64,000 nucleotides of DNA. Source: Hydrolagus affinis. Its lineage: Eukaryota. A model generated the notes under the pieces. It saw only the letters and a list, made by a program, of their open reading frames with translations. It made no database searches and had not been told where the DNA came from. How positions within the stretch are numbered: the stretch's first letter is position 1; every line of letters begins with the position of its first letter. Position numbers and translations under genes: made by a program. Below, piece by piece: positions 22,264 through 35,497 of this stretch. Location: contig JAAILG010000017.1 in assembly GCA_012026655.1 (NCBI GenBank), forward strand, positions 124,001 through 188,000. The letters are read 5' to 3'.

Positions 22264-23295
22264 GTAAGAAAACAATCCAATTTTCGGATTTTAAAGCACT
22301 GGTGTGACTAACGTCCCCAAAACATTTTATTTCTATAGCTCTTGTGTGTTGTGTAATTATCAAGGTGAGGGATGATAGTACAATAGGGCTAGGAAATTGG
22401 TTCCTTCCTCCCCACAACCTCTTCAACCTTTTCATCAGCATCAACTGCATCCAGTAATGTTGAAAAAGATTAGATGCACAGTAAACTTTTCTCTGAATAG
22501 TTGTAAAAATGTATTGCAACACCACAAAGCCATCTTACCTCCCCACACTGCTCATAAAGGTTCATTTCCCAAACCCTCTTTCCTAACGGAGAATGAGAGT
22601 TTCTTGTCAAAGTCTAGCAGTTTTATGTAACCTTCAACAACAAAAATTTTTTTTGCTGAGAACTGGGTGAGAATGCCCAAACTCATTTCACTTTGGGCAA
22701 TTTAACAAAGCATCCGAAAAAGAAAGATTCGATCCTAATGATCTTGACCTGGATTCATAACCAGGGTTGTGGAGGTGAAAGTACATCGGGTAAATCTCCT
22801 CCTGTGAGCTGTTAGTGTAATTAATCCTGGGCTGGTTGCTCTATGGTTTGATGGCACAATAGATTGTCAAACACTGAGATGGATGACTCGTATTGCTGCA
22901 CAACATGCATTTCAAAGTGCTTGTATCCTCCTGACTGCAGCTTTTCCATACACGGCTGGAACAATAAATACTGCTTCTCTAAATGGGTCTGTAATCTCCT
23001 TCAGCTCCACTCTCAGGCTGTTTTCCACAATTTGCGTTGGTTATTTTGCTGTAGGCCCTGTTTGTTACTGGTAATAACAGGGCTGCCACTCATTGAGCTG
23101 GGCATGTAGCTAAATAAACATAGTGTGGCATTACTTGCTATGAAGCATGTTTTTTTTTCTAGTCAGCTGGGTATCTGACACATGCAGAACCCCATCTATT
23201 TGCTTAAGAATATCCAAACCAGACTGAGAGTTCCACATATGTGTATGTATGACATGGACATTTCCCGTGGCCCGAAAGGAATGTGCACTCTCACT

Positions 23296-23341
23296 CTGGG
23301 AGTAATACATACAAGTTTCCTGGGAGTAATACATACAAGTT
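23296..23341. repeat. Tandem duplication, 24 bp period
   Basis: ctgggagtaatacatacaagtt at 23296 and 23320. Confidence 0.95.
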
Positions 23342-23699
23342 GGCAAGAACTGAGGCATGTGAGTGTTTTGGGGGCATTAAGTTCAATAACCTAAACCAGT
23401 ATAGCTTGCCGCTGTCAAGACGTATCTGGCCAGCGTTATGATTAGGATTTTAGCTTGCAGGTTAACAGCTGAGTGAGAAGAATCCCTGTTCACAGTTTGA
23501 CTTTCCAAATTCTGCCAATAAGCTGGGCTGAAAACAGTGTCCCCTGGAGTATTACAAACCTGCCTGGCTCAGCTACTCTACAACCAAGACAGACAGAAAG
23601 GGTTCACTCAATTTAGACATTGTCTGGGGGCATCCACTGATCTGTCCACATTCTTCAACAGTCTAGTTTGGGGAGAGAGAGAATTACATTCAGTTTTCT

Positions 23700-23762
23700 T
23701 AGTGCCTTGGGATGTCCTACTGACGTGAAAGGCACCATACAAGTGTAATTTTGTTGTTGTTG
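23700..23762 (+). mobile_element. L2 3' tail
   Basis: agtgccttgggatgtcctactgacgtgaaaggcaccatacaagtgtaattttgttgttgtt. Confidence 0.8.
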
Positions 23763-24324
23763 CTGAACGTCGCAGTGTCCAAGTTCCCTTCAAGGAAATA
23801 TATGCTTCTGAGCTTTCTGTAGACCAGCAGTTCAGAATACATTCATTCTCTGATTGCTGGCAGCTTCATGTTAAAGGATACATTCACTCCCCAGTGATTG
23901 AGTGGTGAAGGATGTACCAATCCCCATTGGCCTAGTGATGAAAGATGTGCACATATTAACTGCAAATACGTAAAGTTGCTTTCCCCGCAAGCAATTCATT
24001 CTGCTTTATTTCAGAATTTGGATTTGGACCATCTGAATTCCAGTCGACTGAATCTATGTCCTAAAAAAATCTTCTATATTTTCAACACAATAAAGTGGTT
24101 TGAGCTTTGACTAATAGCATTACAGAGCACAGCCAAAGTGTTATTAACACACTGTTGGATTATTAAACATGCTGTCAACCACAGAGTTTTAAATGCTATT
24201 TTAATAGGTGACGGTACCTAAAACGGTCTTTACCTCATTGAGAAGTGATCATTCCTTTGAATGTATTTGGGTGAAGTACTTTCATCAACATACTTAAAAG
24301 GAAACTTTATGCATCTGTGAGGAA

Positions 24325-24450
24325 GAAGGGGGCAGAGGGATATAGGAAAGGGACAAGACCAGTGGAGGTTTGTGTAGAGTATTAACACGGGCACAGAATG
24401 GGTCAAATGGCCTATTTTCCAATCTGTAACCTTCTATGTCATTCTATGAA
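24325..24450 (+). mobile_element. CR1-type 3' end fragment
   Basis: gggatataggaaagg...atgggtcaaatggcctattttc...ttctatgtcattctatg terminus. Confidence 0.65.
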
Positions 24451-25344
24451 TATTCCCCGTATTAGCATTGTTAGTAAATAAACACTTGTGTATTATTTTG
24501 AGGTAGCATAACTGGAGTCCATTGGTCCGCAAACTCCCCCTGAAATCAGTCATTTAGTCACATCTACAAATTGAGCAGTTGTCACAGTTTGGTGTGATGC
24601 ACTTTCAGTTTTCGACGGGAGGTCATCGTTTGAGACTGGTGACTCCCATCACCACATTGAACCCCATTGTTAGCAGCTACACGTAGCACTGAGCAGAATA
24701 CATTGCCTTGTTACAGCATTTGCTGATCCACACAATACATTCCAGACAGCTGGAAATAATCCACAGTCTGCAGGGAGAGTCCAAGTGCCTACTGTTTGGC
24801 AGGGAAAAAACCCTCCTTTTTTTTTCAATAATCTAAAAATCCCCACTTATATGTCCTGTTTAAAGGTGATTACTACATGAAGAAATGACATATAAAATGC
24901 TTAGAGACTGAAGCAAATGCATTTACTCCTAAACTGTGCCGACTTCCACATTCTGCCAATGCAATCAAACTGATGTCTTTCAGCTTTGTATGGCAAGGTG
25001 ATGATGTTTGAGATGCTTTGTTAAAATAGAACTTAAGAAGCTTCACATCGAACTACATCGGATTTTTATCATTAACGATCATTTAAATAAATGTAATCAT
25101 TTTATTGTTAGATACAGTCCACCTCAATCTAATACCAGTAGATGGGATGTACTTTATATTCACGCCTCACAATTATCTATATAAAATGCTGCTCTATTAT
25201 TCAAAATAAAGAAAACTTTTTTATTTGTCCTTTGCTGCTGCTTGTTGATGATTAAGTTACAGCAATCTGGTTATATAAGGTGAGCTATTGCAACTGACAG
25301 TAAGAGATTACTTTAAACTTGCTGTCCAAAAGAATAGCCCTATA

Positions 25345-25530
25345 TAATAATAATCCTTGCAATTGATGTAGCACTGTATCACATTGTTGATATGACTCAA
25401 AAGTGCTTCACAGGACATATTGTAAAGTGCATTGATTATGTTTTTTCTGGATGAAACGCGGTAGCCAATTGCGCAAAACAATGTCCCAAACAGTCATGAC
25501 CACATTCTTTTTGGGTGGAGGGAGATTATT
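25345..25530 (-). mobile_element. SINE 3' half
   Basis: (aat)n ccttgca...aagtgcttcacag...agccaattgcgca...atgtccc. Confidence 0.8.
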
Positions 25531-25964
25531 ACCTCTGAGATTTGATTAACAAACAGAGTCAAATAATACACACTGCATCAATCTGACCTTATTGCTTTTT
25601 GCACATCAAATACATCACCAGTGATATTACTGCAGTGACCTTTAATATAGTGATAGTTTTCTGTTCCAAGGGATTTAACCCAATGAAACAGTAGATTGTT
25701 AATTACAAGACCTCCTCTGTTTCTAACATTTATACTTAGAATGAATAGATCTTTCTTGCAGCGTTCTCTCCCAACATGAGCAAATATTACATTATTGAAT
25801 GCTACAAAATATGCAAATCCGTTACTTGCTATCCAATAGCAAATCTGAAACTGAGATATAATTTTAATTGGAAAAAAAAAGGTAGGCAAGAATCCTTCAA
25901 AGTCAGTAGATGAGAAAGAAGCCGTGACCTGAGAGAACCGAACCTAAATACTCACACAAAAAAG

Positions 25965-26095
25965 GACAAAATACTACAGGTGCTGGAAATCTGAATGTCG
26001 ATGAGAACACTGAACAGGTCAGGCAACATCTATGGAACGAGGAAGGTTATCGACCTGAAATGTTAACTCACTTTATGCCACAGATTATGCCCTAT
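25965..26095. mobile_element. Decayed Penelope-like element terminal-repeat relic
   Basis: tgctggaaatctgaa, caggtcaggcaacatctatgga and aggttatcgacctgaaatgttaactc...ccacagat match the chondrichthyan Penelope-type inverted terminal repeat as I recall it. Confidence 0.6.
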
Positions 26096-27724
26096 GGTAT
26101 TATGTTTGAATGCCAGATAGTGTTAATATTCAAGGGTGTTTTGTTTTCTCTGATTCATCACCTAATCATGTTGAGACCTAACTTTGGGGATTTCCATAGT
26201 TGCCAACTGATGAACCGCCACGGACTGCATTGCACTTTACATTGTGTGCAACCCGGTTTACTGCTTGTGAACTGTTTATTTTTGTACATCAGGATTTTTT
26301 GTGAGAATTGCTAGTGGCTCTCCTTATTACCTCCTCTTGATTCAGGATTGCCCAATTTGCCTCAACTCAACTGAATCGCAAAACATTCAATTTCACCTTA
26401 AAGTTTTTCCCCCTTCTCTTCGCTGTAAACGCTCCAAGTCTTGACCTCAGTTGGGTATACACCAGCCATTCAGTTGCTTGCAATCAGAGAAACATCTGGC
26501 CAATGCTATCCTGGGTTTGAAATAACAATTTACATTCCAATGAGAAGCATAATCTCATAATCATAATCCCAGGTGTCAGTTACCTGAGTCTTAAGGTCAC
26601 TGAATTTAAGTATTTAAATCAATGATTCCTTTCACTAAAGCAGGAAATACATAAATCAGAGATGAACTCTTGCTAAGAGCAGGTCCCTGCATCCACTCAC
26701 ACTGCTCTCTTCCATCAGGTAACCCACACATCGCTAGAATTTCTTGTAACATGGCCGTTAGCGCTGTAATATGAGGAGGAAATTTATGAAAGCAAAATAG
26801 GTGGAAGGCCTAATGTCAGGAGTTCATTCTGGTTTCCTCTCTTGGCAGAGATGGAAGGTTGTTTCATAATTTTTCCAATAACGTTGTGTTTTGCACCTTT
26901 TTGGGGGCGTCTCTGTGCTGTTGATCTTGGTAGCAGTTATTATGTTGAATAGCTGGTTCATAAATGTGTCAAACTGCCCTATTCGTGGGTGATAGGCGAA
27001 GTACTGCAGAGGATGTTAACTGCAGAAATTGGGTGGATCCCATTGTGTGGGCACAGCAACCAGTAGGGTGAATGGGGAAAGTTATCGCAGGTAAATCCCC
27101 TTAAAGATTCTTTACAGGATAGAAGTTCCATTGGATCACACTTTTGCTGTGAAAGTTGTGCCATTTTCTGCAATGACGTTTTGCTGCAGTTTCAATCATG
27201 TCATCCAAAAAAACATTGCCGTGAAATTAGAGTTAATTCATAACTTGGATTCCTCCACTTTGAGTTTATTCCAAAATGATTCAGCCCTTTTTGTTAAAAA
27301 AAAGTGCATCATTACTCTTTTTAAACCTATTCTGATAATACCCTCATCCGAAGTAATTTAAATATTTTTGCATATTTTAAGCACACTTATTTTGCTGCAA
27401 AAGCACTATTTTTCCTTTCTTTGGAATAATGATCAAAGTGATGCTGAAGCTGGGCACTGTTCAAAGGACTTTATGGAGCTCATTATTATTCTGTTAAAGC
27501 TTCTGTGGTAAAGCTAACTATGTAAGGCCTGGAGTTTTACGATCTGACAGAACTTGGTGGTAATGGCAGTGTACAGAAGTAGCAAAGTCTCACTGTTTTA
27601 TTGTAATGCCGTGTGCATGTAAATCTATAGTGTACCATTTGTGGGTTTACATTGGCTCTCTTTCAGAGTAGAAATCCAATCTGTGTGTAGCTATTTAAAC
27701 CCCGTTAGACATACTTACTTCTTC

Positions 27725-27950
27725 TTGGCTTCTTATGGCTTAGCGGGCAAAATGTGGCGCTGAGCTGCGAACCAGGAAGACCCCAGCCATGATGCTCGGT
27801 CTATGTTAAATCAGCCGAACTCAGCCATAACCGTGGTGAGCACGTGACTGTGATATTTATCATATTGCTCCCAATGAAGAGAGAGAAAATATCTGATAGT
27901 TTGGATCACTACTCAGGCGAGTTGTAGGACAGCGAGTTCTTTGAACTTTG
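27725..27950 (+). mobile_element. Old tRNA-headed SINE, second family (5' part)
   Basis: tggcttagcggg...ctgagctgcgaaccaggaagaccccag...ggtctatgttaaatcagc aligns with the reverse complement of 13985-14075. Confidence 0.5.
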
Positions 27951-28043
27951 CTCTTTTTCAGTTCCATCGCGGTATGATTTAAGAACGTAAGAATTGCTCG
28001 TCAAATGAAAACTAAGGTCCACCCAGTTCTTCTTCCATCAATC

Positions 28044-28335
28044 ATAATAATAATAATAATCCTTGCATTTGATATAGTGCTTTGTAGTACTTTACAGAAT
28101 GTACTGTACAGTGAAATTGACTGTATATTTGTGGGCGAACGCAGCAGGCAGCCAATTGCGCACAGCAGTGTCCCACAAATTGTCGTGGATTGAGGTGACC
28201 AATTTTTTTTTCTTAAGAGACTATTATTAGGCATGTGGAGTAATGGCACTTCCCCAAAGTTTCGGCCTGCCGGGAATCGAACCCAGGTCTCTTGCTTGCG
28301 AGGCGAGTGTTCCAACCACTGAGCTACAGGACTCC
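28044..28335 (-). mobile_element. Full-length tRNA-Ala-headed SINE (short variant), nested in an older element
   Basis: Reverse strand GGAGTCCTGTAGCTCAGTGG (A box)...GGTTCGATTCC (B box), body ttgtgggacactgctgtgcgcaattggctgcc, tail caaatgcaaggat(tat)n. Confidence 0.9.
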
Positions 28336-29339
28336 ATCATCCTGGCATCCCATGTACATGTCATGTCCTAAACTATGTCTTAAATTGATCGAGTGCTACA
28401 GTCAGTCTCTTGCAATTGTTAGAATGATGTGTCAGGATTCTTAATGTTAGCCATTATAACAAAGCGGAAACTATTTCACTCCTATTCTGGTGCTTTGGGA
28501 GATGTGCTAACATCCCATTGCATTACTGTGAAGTACACAAATTCTCCTAATGTCCTGCCTATGATTACTCTCCCACCTAATGCAGATTAGGAATGGTACC
28601 TGTCTTATAACCTTCTTCTGTATCAAATTAGAGAAAGAAGCCATTTTGCCACCCACTCTCTTCTCATGTTCGACAGACTACTGAATCACTTAACCACACA
28701 GCGCTGCATTCTATCCTGTCTTCTATTTGAACTTGAATTTCCTTGATATGTTTACCTCTAAATTCGCCTTTTATATATACACACAGTATTACATCCTGCA
28801 GCATAAATGCATCAAACTCAGTTTCAACAAATCTGTTCTGCATTTCTTTAAACACAATCTGTTATGCATCAACTACCTTACCGCTATCTTATTGCATATC
28901 TTTATGCTTATCTGATGAAATTATATCTAATTTCTTTGTTTGTCCCTTGGCCCTATCTGCAAATCTTGTGCCCATGTTGTTTCTATGCACTATGTCCTGC
29001 ACACACTGAGAGTATTCATTTCTAATTTACTAGTTCTTCATATCAATATATGAATATGTTATTCTCCCTTAATGTTCTTACTCCATGAGAATAACCAATT
29101 TCTGTAGTTCAGTCATCTCAGACCAATGTTCATTTTACTTGTGTTTTTCCTAATGTCTCTCGTGAGTAGCTGGAATCTTTTAAGTGAGGAGAACTTACCT
29201 AGAATTAGTTGCCTTTATAACAGGTCATGTAACAGTTGTGTTGTATCATAACTAAATAAGATACTACCAAAATAAGAGTTGCTTCCTTGGATTTCTTTCC
29301 AAAGGACGTTGCTATGTGTCGTTTGGTTTTATATTCCTT

Positions 29340-29820
29340 TGTTCTCACCGGCACTAAGATCTACACACCTCTTATATCTGATCTTACCAAGCTACATTGG
29401 CTCCCAATAGCTCAGCAGAATAACTTTATGATCCTTACCCTTCCCTTCAAATATCTTTTCGGTCTTTCCTGCTCTATCTATAAAATCTCTTTGGGCCTTA
29501 TTCCCCTTTCATACCTTCTGCTCTTCCAAACTTGGTCCAATGCTCACTTTTCACTCCTTCTGTCTCATCATTAGTGGCCAAGCATTCAGAGATATAGTAA
29601 TGTGGATAGATTACGCCCGTCCTCTAGAATTCTCTTTCGAAATATTTTATCCTTGTTTTCTTTCTGTGCCTTTAAACCGTCATGAAAAAACAACCCGTTC
29701 AATTGTCCTTTTGATTATTTTTCAGTTCCCTTTTCCCTGTTCGGTATTCTCTATTAAATTTATTAAACACTTTAAGATTTTCATCACGTATTAAAGGTGT
29801 GATACAAGTACAAAATGTTG
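29340..29820 (+). mobile_element. Old L2 ORF2 C-terminal relic with tail
   Basis: Peptide TPLISDLTKLHWLPIAQQNNFMILTLPFKYLFGLS carries the L2 LHWLP...FK motif; degenerate tail near 29765-29820. Confidence 0.7.
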
Positions 29821-29849
29821 ATGTGTATCCAATGCATCATCCTTTAAGC

Positions 29850-30700
29850 ACAGTGGATGTGTGAGCATAAGATGGATTCAGTCTGTCTTGCAGGTACAAT
29901 TTACTGTTCCCAAATCTATTCCAACTTTTAAGTTATCATGTTCCATTTAGCAGAATGACCTTGAACTGTGCTTTTCACAAGAGTCCAGTAAATTACCATT
30001 TGACCGGAGTGAAGCTGGTCTGTTGATCTAGTTTTGCCTCTTGCATTTTCAAATCTTATGGTAGTTTTCCATTCCATTGATATTTCCTCATCGCCAAACT
30101 GCAACAAAATATTTCTGCTACTACGCCTCCAGTTTCCTCTTTAATTTCCTTTAATAGGTTAGGAAGCATCTCACAAGATTCAATCACTCTGTTTGCTTTC
30201 AATTTTGTGATAACAATCTCTCTTCTCACTTCACGTGCAATGGTTAAACCTAATTGGAAGGCTCTGATTTAATTGGAAGAATTTGGGGTACTCTTACTGT
30301 TCACTTTCATGAAAACTGAGAAATGTATAATTGAAGAATCTTTATTGTATCCTTCCCCTGGACTTTACTTTTCAACCTCTTTAGCAGTTTATACTGAATA
30401 TATTCCAGAAAAATCTCATCTTGGCTCCTTGATATTCTGAGAAATTTCCGTTGCTATAATTTCCTCTTTGCGTTCTTTCTTGGTTAGTGTTGGACAGTTT
30501 TCTTCTCTACACGTCACTACATCTCTTTTTCATTTAAAATGGTTCTTGCAATTTTTTACCCTTTGGTTTAAAGCAACTATTCTCAGCCTTCGAGGTTATG
30601 CAGTTTGCCTTCAGTATATCTGAATACCGATAGCTTCCATTTTCATCAATAGTCTACCAAAATGTCGACCGTGTTCTTCTAAATACCCATTGTATCCTCC
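29850..30700 (-). mobile_element. Highly decayed CR1/L2 ORF2-like relic
   Basis: T-rich + strand; reverse strand near 30005-30030 resembles the NYRPVSL coding motif. Weak. Confidence 0.3.
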
Positions 30701-33019
30701 AGTAACTCTCCCTCGGCTGAAGTAGTTACCTTCCTGGGAGGGAGTGGGGGAGAATATGAATCCATTTGTTTTCTAGCCCTTGTAATGAAAAAATATAATC
30801 AGATATTGATTGATCACCACTGCCTCAATGTACTCTCACTTCCAGAACTCCAACCACCTCCGAGTCATTGCTTTGTCCCCAATGAGATTGCCACCTGGTT
30901 AAGTACTGGAAAATTGGTCAAAGCATAACAATGTGAAATGGGCAGAAGTTGGCATCATCACCTGGTTACTCATTGGCTTGTGGAATTTACTGTAAACTTT
31001 GTGTAGCAACTCTTGGTTATTATCATCCCTTCAGGTCGAGATTCACCTTTTGACACTAAAGATCTAACCATCCAAATCCAATATTATTACAGTCAATTGG
31101 ATTCAATTATAATGAGCTAGTTGAACACTTTAAAATCACCATTTGTGTCCGTTCATCTGTACTTTATCAATTTAAGCCGATATTACAGCTCTAATATTGC
31201 TGCTGAATATTGTTACATAGATTTTTAAAAATAGAGCCAAATTACAGCATTATAGATGCTGCCTTTGAATACAGAATTGAAAGAAACAGTTCTCTTTATT
31301 GGTCTAGATTGGCTAGTTAGGAACATTACTCTTTTGCTGATAATAATGATTAAAATATTGTACATATAATTAATCAAAACGAGATGAATGTGGTGCTATA
31401 CAAACACAGCCACCAGCTTTATTTGAGGTCCTGCAAAAATGACATTGCAACAGTGAAACTGAATTTTTTTTACAGAAACTACATGGGACTTCTTCCAAAG
31501 GCTGGAGCACTTTAATAAGGTATGTAGAGAAGATTTAATTTCTGATGCCTTTGAATGACACCCTAGATGGGCAAAGCAAAAGGGATACTTCCCCTTAAAT
31601 ACACTGTGAAGTGATTTGAGCATTGAATAGAGACCTGACTACTTTCAGTTATGTTTCAATGGCCATAAAAATAGCCCATGTGTGCCGAAAAAGGGAAACT
31701 GCAGCTTTGAATCAGGGAGTCCCTGTCTGTAGCACCCAGACAGAAGTAAGCTGGAACTGTTTCAAAACAACACAAATTTAATTTTCAAGTCTGCAAAATA
31801 CAGTGCACTCTTTTATAACTGGATGTATCAAATTTGTTATGATAGCAAAATAGGCTCTATGGCAACCGTTGTAAAACACTGGTGCTGACTGCCCGGGAAG
31901 GATGGGGAAAGCCTTTTTGTTTGTTATTTCTGGCAGGGCTTTCTGGCTTGGCTTGCTCTTATTCTGTAGTGGGACCTTTGAGAGCATTCTTTTCCACATG
32001 AGAAACTCTGCCAATCTGGCAGTTCCTCCCTCCTCTCCTCTCCCCCACCCCCCCCACAGCCCCCACACCATCCACTCTCTCCTCCTATTTCCAGCTGTTT
32101 GCCTCCAGAATGTCTGATCTCCTACAAACCAAGCATTTACAGTGGCAAAAGTGAGTGGAAAAAATGAAACACGCATGATATATCACAGTATTGTTAAGCA
32201 CTACATTGCTTAACAAGGCTTCCTCCTGTCCATAAACAGCTCTTGTAAACTGCTGTGCACAGTTATCTGCTATGCTTCTTATCCACTCACTGGAGTGCCA
32301 GACAGACTTAAAAAGCTTTTGATCATTTTCTTTAACTCTGGAACAAACTAAAGGAAAAAACTAATGAGGGCCCAGTTTGCAAGTAGCCCTGTTGTTTTGA
32401 CACTCAGCAATTCTGTGTTTTATCCTTTAATGAAAACCGCATTGGGACTCCTGTTTAGTGACTATGGCTCTGTAACTTCCAGCTTGGGGGAAGCTTCCGG
32501 CAAGAAACCCAGGAAAACACCAAATAGCAACACAATATTGCCGCCCACTTCACATTAATCTATTCTTGATGTTGTGCTGTGTGACTAATACAGTGGCTGG
32601 TCAGTTCGACTTGTGTTGTTGCACAGTAGTTGCTATGTAGTGGAGTATTTTCCTGGATCCCACCCACATTCCACTAGTCTTGCATACTTGTTCTTCACTG
32701 CACCGTTAGTCATTGAGAGCTATTGAATAATTCTATGTGAGAAAAAAAACGGAAGCTAGTAACCACCTTTCTTTTCATTGTTTATTCAGTGAAATGTAAT
32801 GTGTTTTTTTTTCCGATTCTGGCACTGGCTTTTCCCAGTTCTTACAAAGATGCCACGTTTGATCTGGACAGAAATGTTTCGCTTTGCTGAGCAATGCGCG
32901 AAACCTGCAGTGTAGTTTGAGTTGTCAAGTGTCAGTGGCTGGCTCTGAGTGATTATCATTAATGTAGAAGAAGATTGTTTTGTGTTGCTGATCTATGAAT
33001 GAAGCGTTGGTCTTCCTTC

Positions 33020-33083
33020 CTAAGCGCTCTTGAGACGCCGCCCGGTGTGGAAGGCGTTGTATAAATGCAAGTTGTTGTTGTTG
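33020..33083 (+). mobile_element. L2 3' tail variant
   Basis: aagcgctcttgagacgccgcccggtgtggaaggcgttgtataaatgcaagttgttgttgtt. Confidence 0.75.
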
Positions 33084-34819
33084 GTGGTGCGTAGGAATGG
33101 AGTTGAGTTGCCTTTTAAGCAGTGGAAGCAGAACCCAATTCGGTCGTTGAGACACATCATACCTGAGACGTAAGGAGTTGTAAAGTGACCTATCCTCCCA
33201 TGCGCAATTACAACATCAAGCCGTATCTACAAGTCCTGGCCTCAAACCATCTTTCCTGGTAACAAGTTCCTATCATTAATTATCCTTTGTGTAAATTCTG
33301 TCCTGAAATTGCCCTTCACAATCCAAACCGGTGGCCTTTTGTCCTGCTGCCTTGGCGTTGAGGCTGTACCTAAACCAAACAAATCCATTCAGAGGAAAGC
33401 TTCTTGTTGGCAAGAAGCAGGGACTTCTGGCACTCAGCTAAAGCTCTTAATGTATTGTCAGCACTTTGCTCCTGTACTGGAAAATTCACCAAACCACAGT
33501 GACTGCCACAATTACAATTGTCGCAGATCACCTCAACACCGATCACAAATCGAGCACAACTGCCTGCTTTTACAGTCATAGAGCAACGTAGAAAATCTGC
33601 ATCTGTCATGTGTAAGTATTGAAGCCCAAACATACGCTATTTAAAAACATTCAATCTAGTTCAGGTTTGTGCAACAGATTTAATGTACTGGCAGTGGAAA
33701 TGAATGGAACCTCCTGGGCATTTCCAATCTCAAAACGGCCTATAATACCACAGCTTTTAACATCTGCAGCAGAAAATGTGCAGCCAAAACTCAGGGCTTC
33801 AGGCACATGCGTGTCAAATTGATGTGGAAGATCGCTTAGCTGTTGTGTGTTCTGGACATTAAATGGCAGGTGCAGGGTGGAGGGGGGGGGGGGGGTGGAG
33901 GCGGGATGCGAAATGTCTAATCACTGCATGAAAACATATTGCTGGTAAACCTGCTAGAAATGTGGCCGTGTTGATACCACAGTTGGAACCTGTTGTATAT
34001 TTGTAGTTAAATTGCTGCAAATGATCAATGGCCAGCAGTGTGGCTAGTTTACTCTGATTGTATCTCCAACTCCCCCCAGCCCCAACTTTCAAAAATACTT
34101 TCCCTTGACCCTGTTTTCTTAACTGCTAATCGTAGAGGTGACAATGACAAAAAACATCACACTCAATCATCTGCAAATGTAAATCAAACTTTACCTAGCT
34201 GAGAATGTTGCGTTCAATCTAATCTCGCTCAATAAACTGGCAGTGGTAACGCAAAGTACATCCTCAGGTGATAATAATTTTAATGCCCTCAAAACTTTTT
34301 AATATTTCATAATGTAAAACATAGGCACAATCTTACTGAATGTACATTTTACAACTGGTTGGATTAAGGAATGTAGTGTACTGAGACTGGTTCTTAGAAG
34401 TACTGTAATAAGAATATCAATACTCTTGCTAATGATCCCCAAATTCAAATGGAACCAATATCTATTTCACTGCAGCACTTTGACTCTGGAAATAAAAGTG
34501 CAATTTTTTTGGGAAAAAACACAATTTGTTACAGTGCAGTGGAGATGAAGAGAGCAATTGTCATAGATTTAACATCAATTAGCATTTATATAGCGGATTT
34601 CATATGGGGTAGTGTCTCGGAACTCTGAAATCAATAATGTGCTAAAATGCGATTGCATAATAACAGGATGATGAAGCAGCAATAGAGCACATCACAAACA
34701 CAGTTTCGATTGTAAATATATTTTCTCATATCTACTTTACTGGTGTATTAATTACATTGACAACAGCTGTTGTCATTTTGTTGCTTGCGTGTTAAATATT
34801 TTGTAGGCGTTTTGCATTC

Positions 34820-34912
34820 AATCCACTTTACAGAACATCCTGTGAAGTGCTTTGAGAGATCTCAACAATGTGATTAGGCGCTATATCAAATGCATGAATT
34901 TTTAATATTATT
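34820..34912 (+). mobile_element. SINE tail fragment
   Basis: cactttacag...tgtgaagtgctttgagagatc...gtgattaggcgctatatcaaatgca. Confidence 0.75.
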
Positions 34913-35358
34913 AAATATATTAGGTGTATTTTCATTTTGCTCTTTTACCCATGTTCGTGGATGAAGTAGATTTTTTTAAAAAAAGGTTCTAGACCTACAA
35001 AGTGTGCCATGCTGTAGATTAGAATTTAAACTCTATATACTGTGGCGCTATCCTTTTACTTTTAAATGTTCCTCTGCAATAAAGGGCAAAGGGTTTGTTG
35101 TTAGAAAAAGCAGGATTCAGCACATTGGTTACCAACCGACTGATGTTGGTTCTCTGTGTTATAAATTGTTTAATTCTTGCCTTGTGGCAATGTGACTGTT
35201 TGAAGCTTTTATTGCCTCATCTGCTACATCTCTGCAGTGTGCATGGAAATGCAGCACTGATTGCAATTTTTATTAAAATAACACTGTGTTACATTCTGCT
35301 ATGTAGCAAAATAAGTATTTCAAAATATGTAACCTACATATACATAAAATATGTAACC

Positions 35359-35497
35359 TGCTGTGCGCAATTGGCTGCCACGTTTCGCCCACAAAATATA
35401 CAGTCAACCCGCTTTACTGTGTATTCTGTGAAGTGTTTAAAACGTCTCAAAGATGTGATAAGGCGCTACATCAAATGCAATGATTATTATTATTATT
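35359..35497 (+). mobile_element. SINE 3' half
   Basis: ctgctgtgcgcaattggctgccacgtttcgcccacaaaatatacagtcaa...gtgataaggcgctacatcaaatgcaatga(tta)n. Confidence 0.85.

Noticed and set aside
21432-22307. Stand-alone 291 aa gene starting at GTG
   Set aside because: The start is the splice acceptor AG/TG; it is exon 9 of NFATC2.
22720-22800. LF-SINE-like tRNA head on the minus strand (also a weak match near 63480-63580)
   Set aside because: Similarity is too short and degenerate to support by eye.
23296-23341. CRISPR-like direct repeat
   Set aside because: Two adjacent copies with a 2 nt gap, no spacers, no cas genes, vertebrate intron; a simple tandem duplication.
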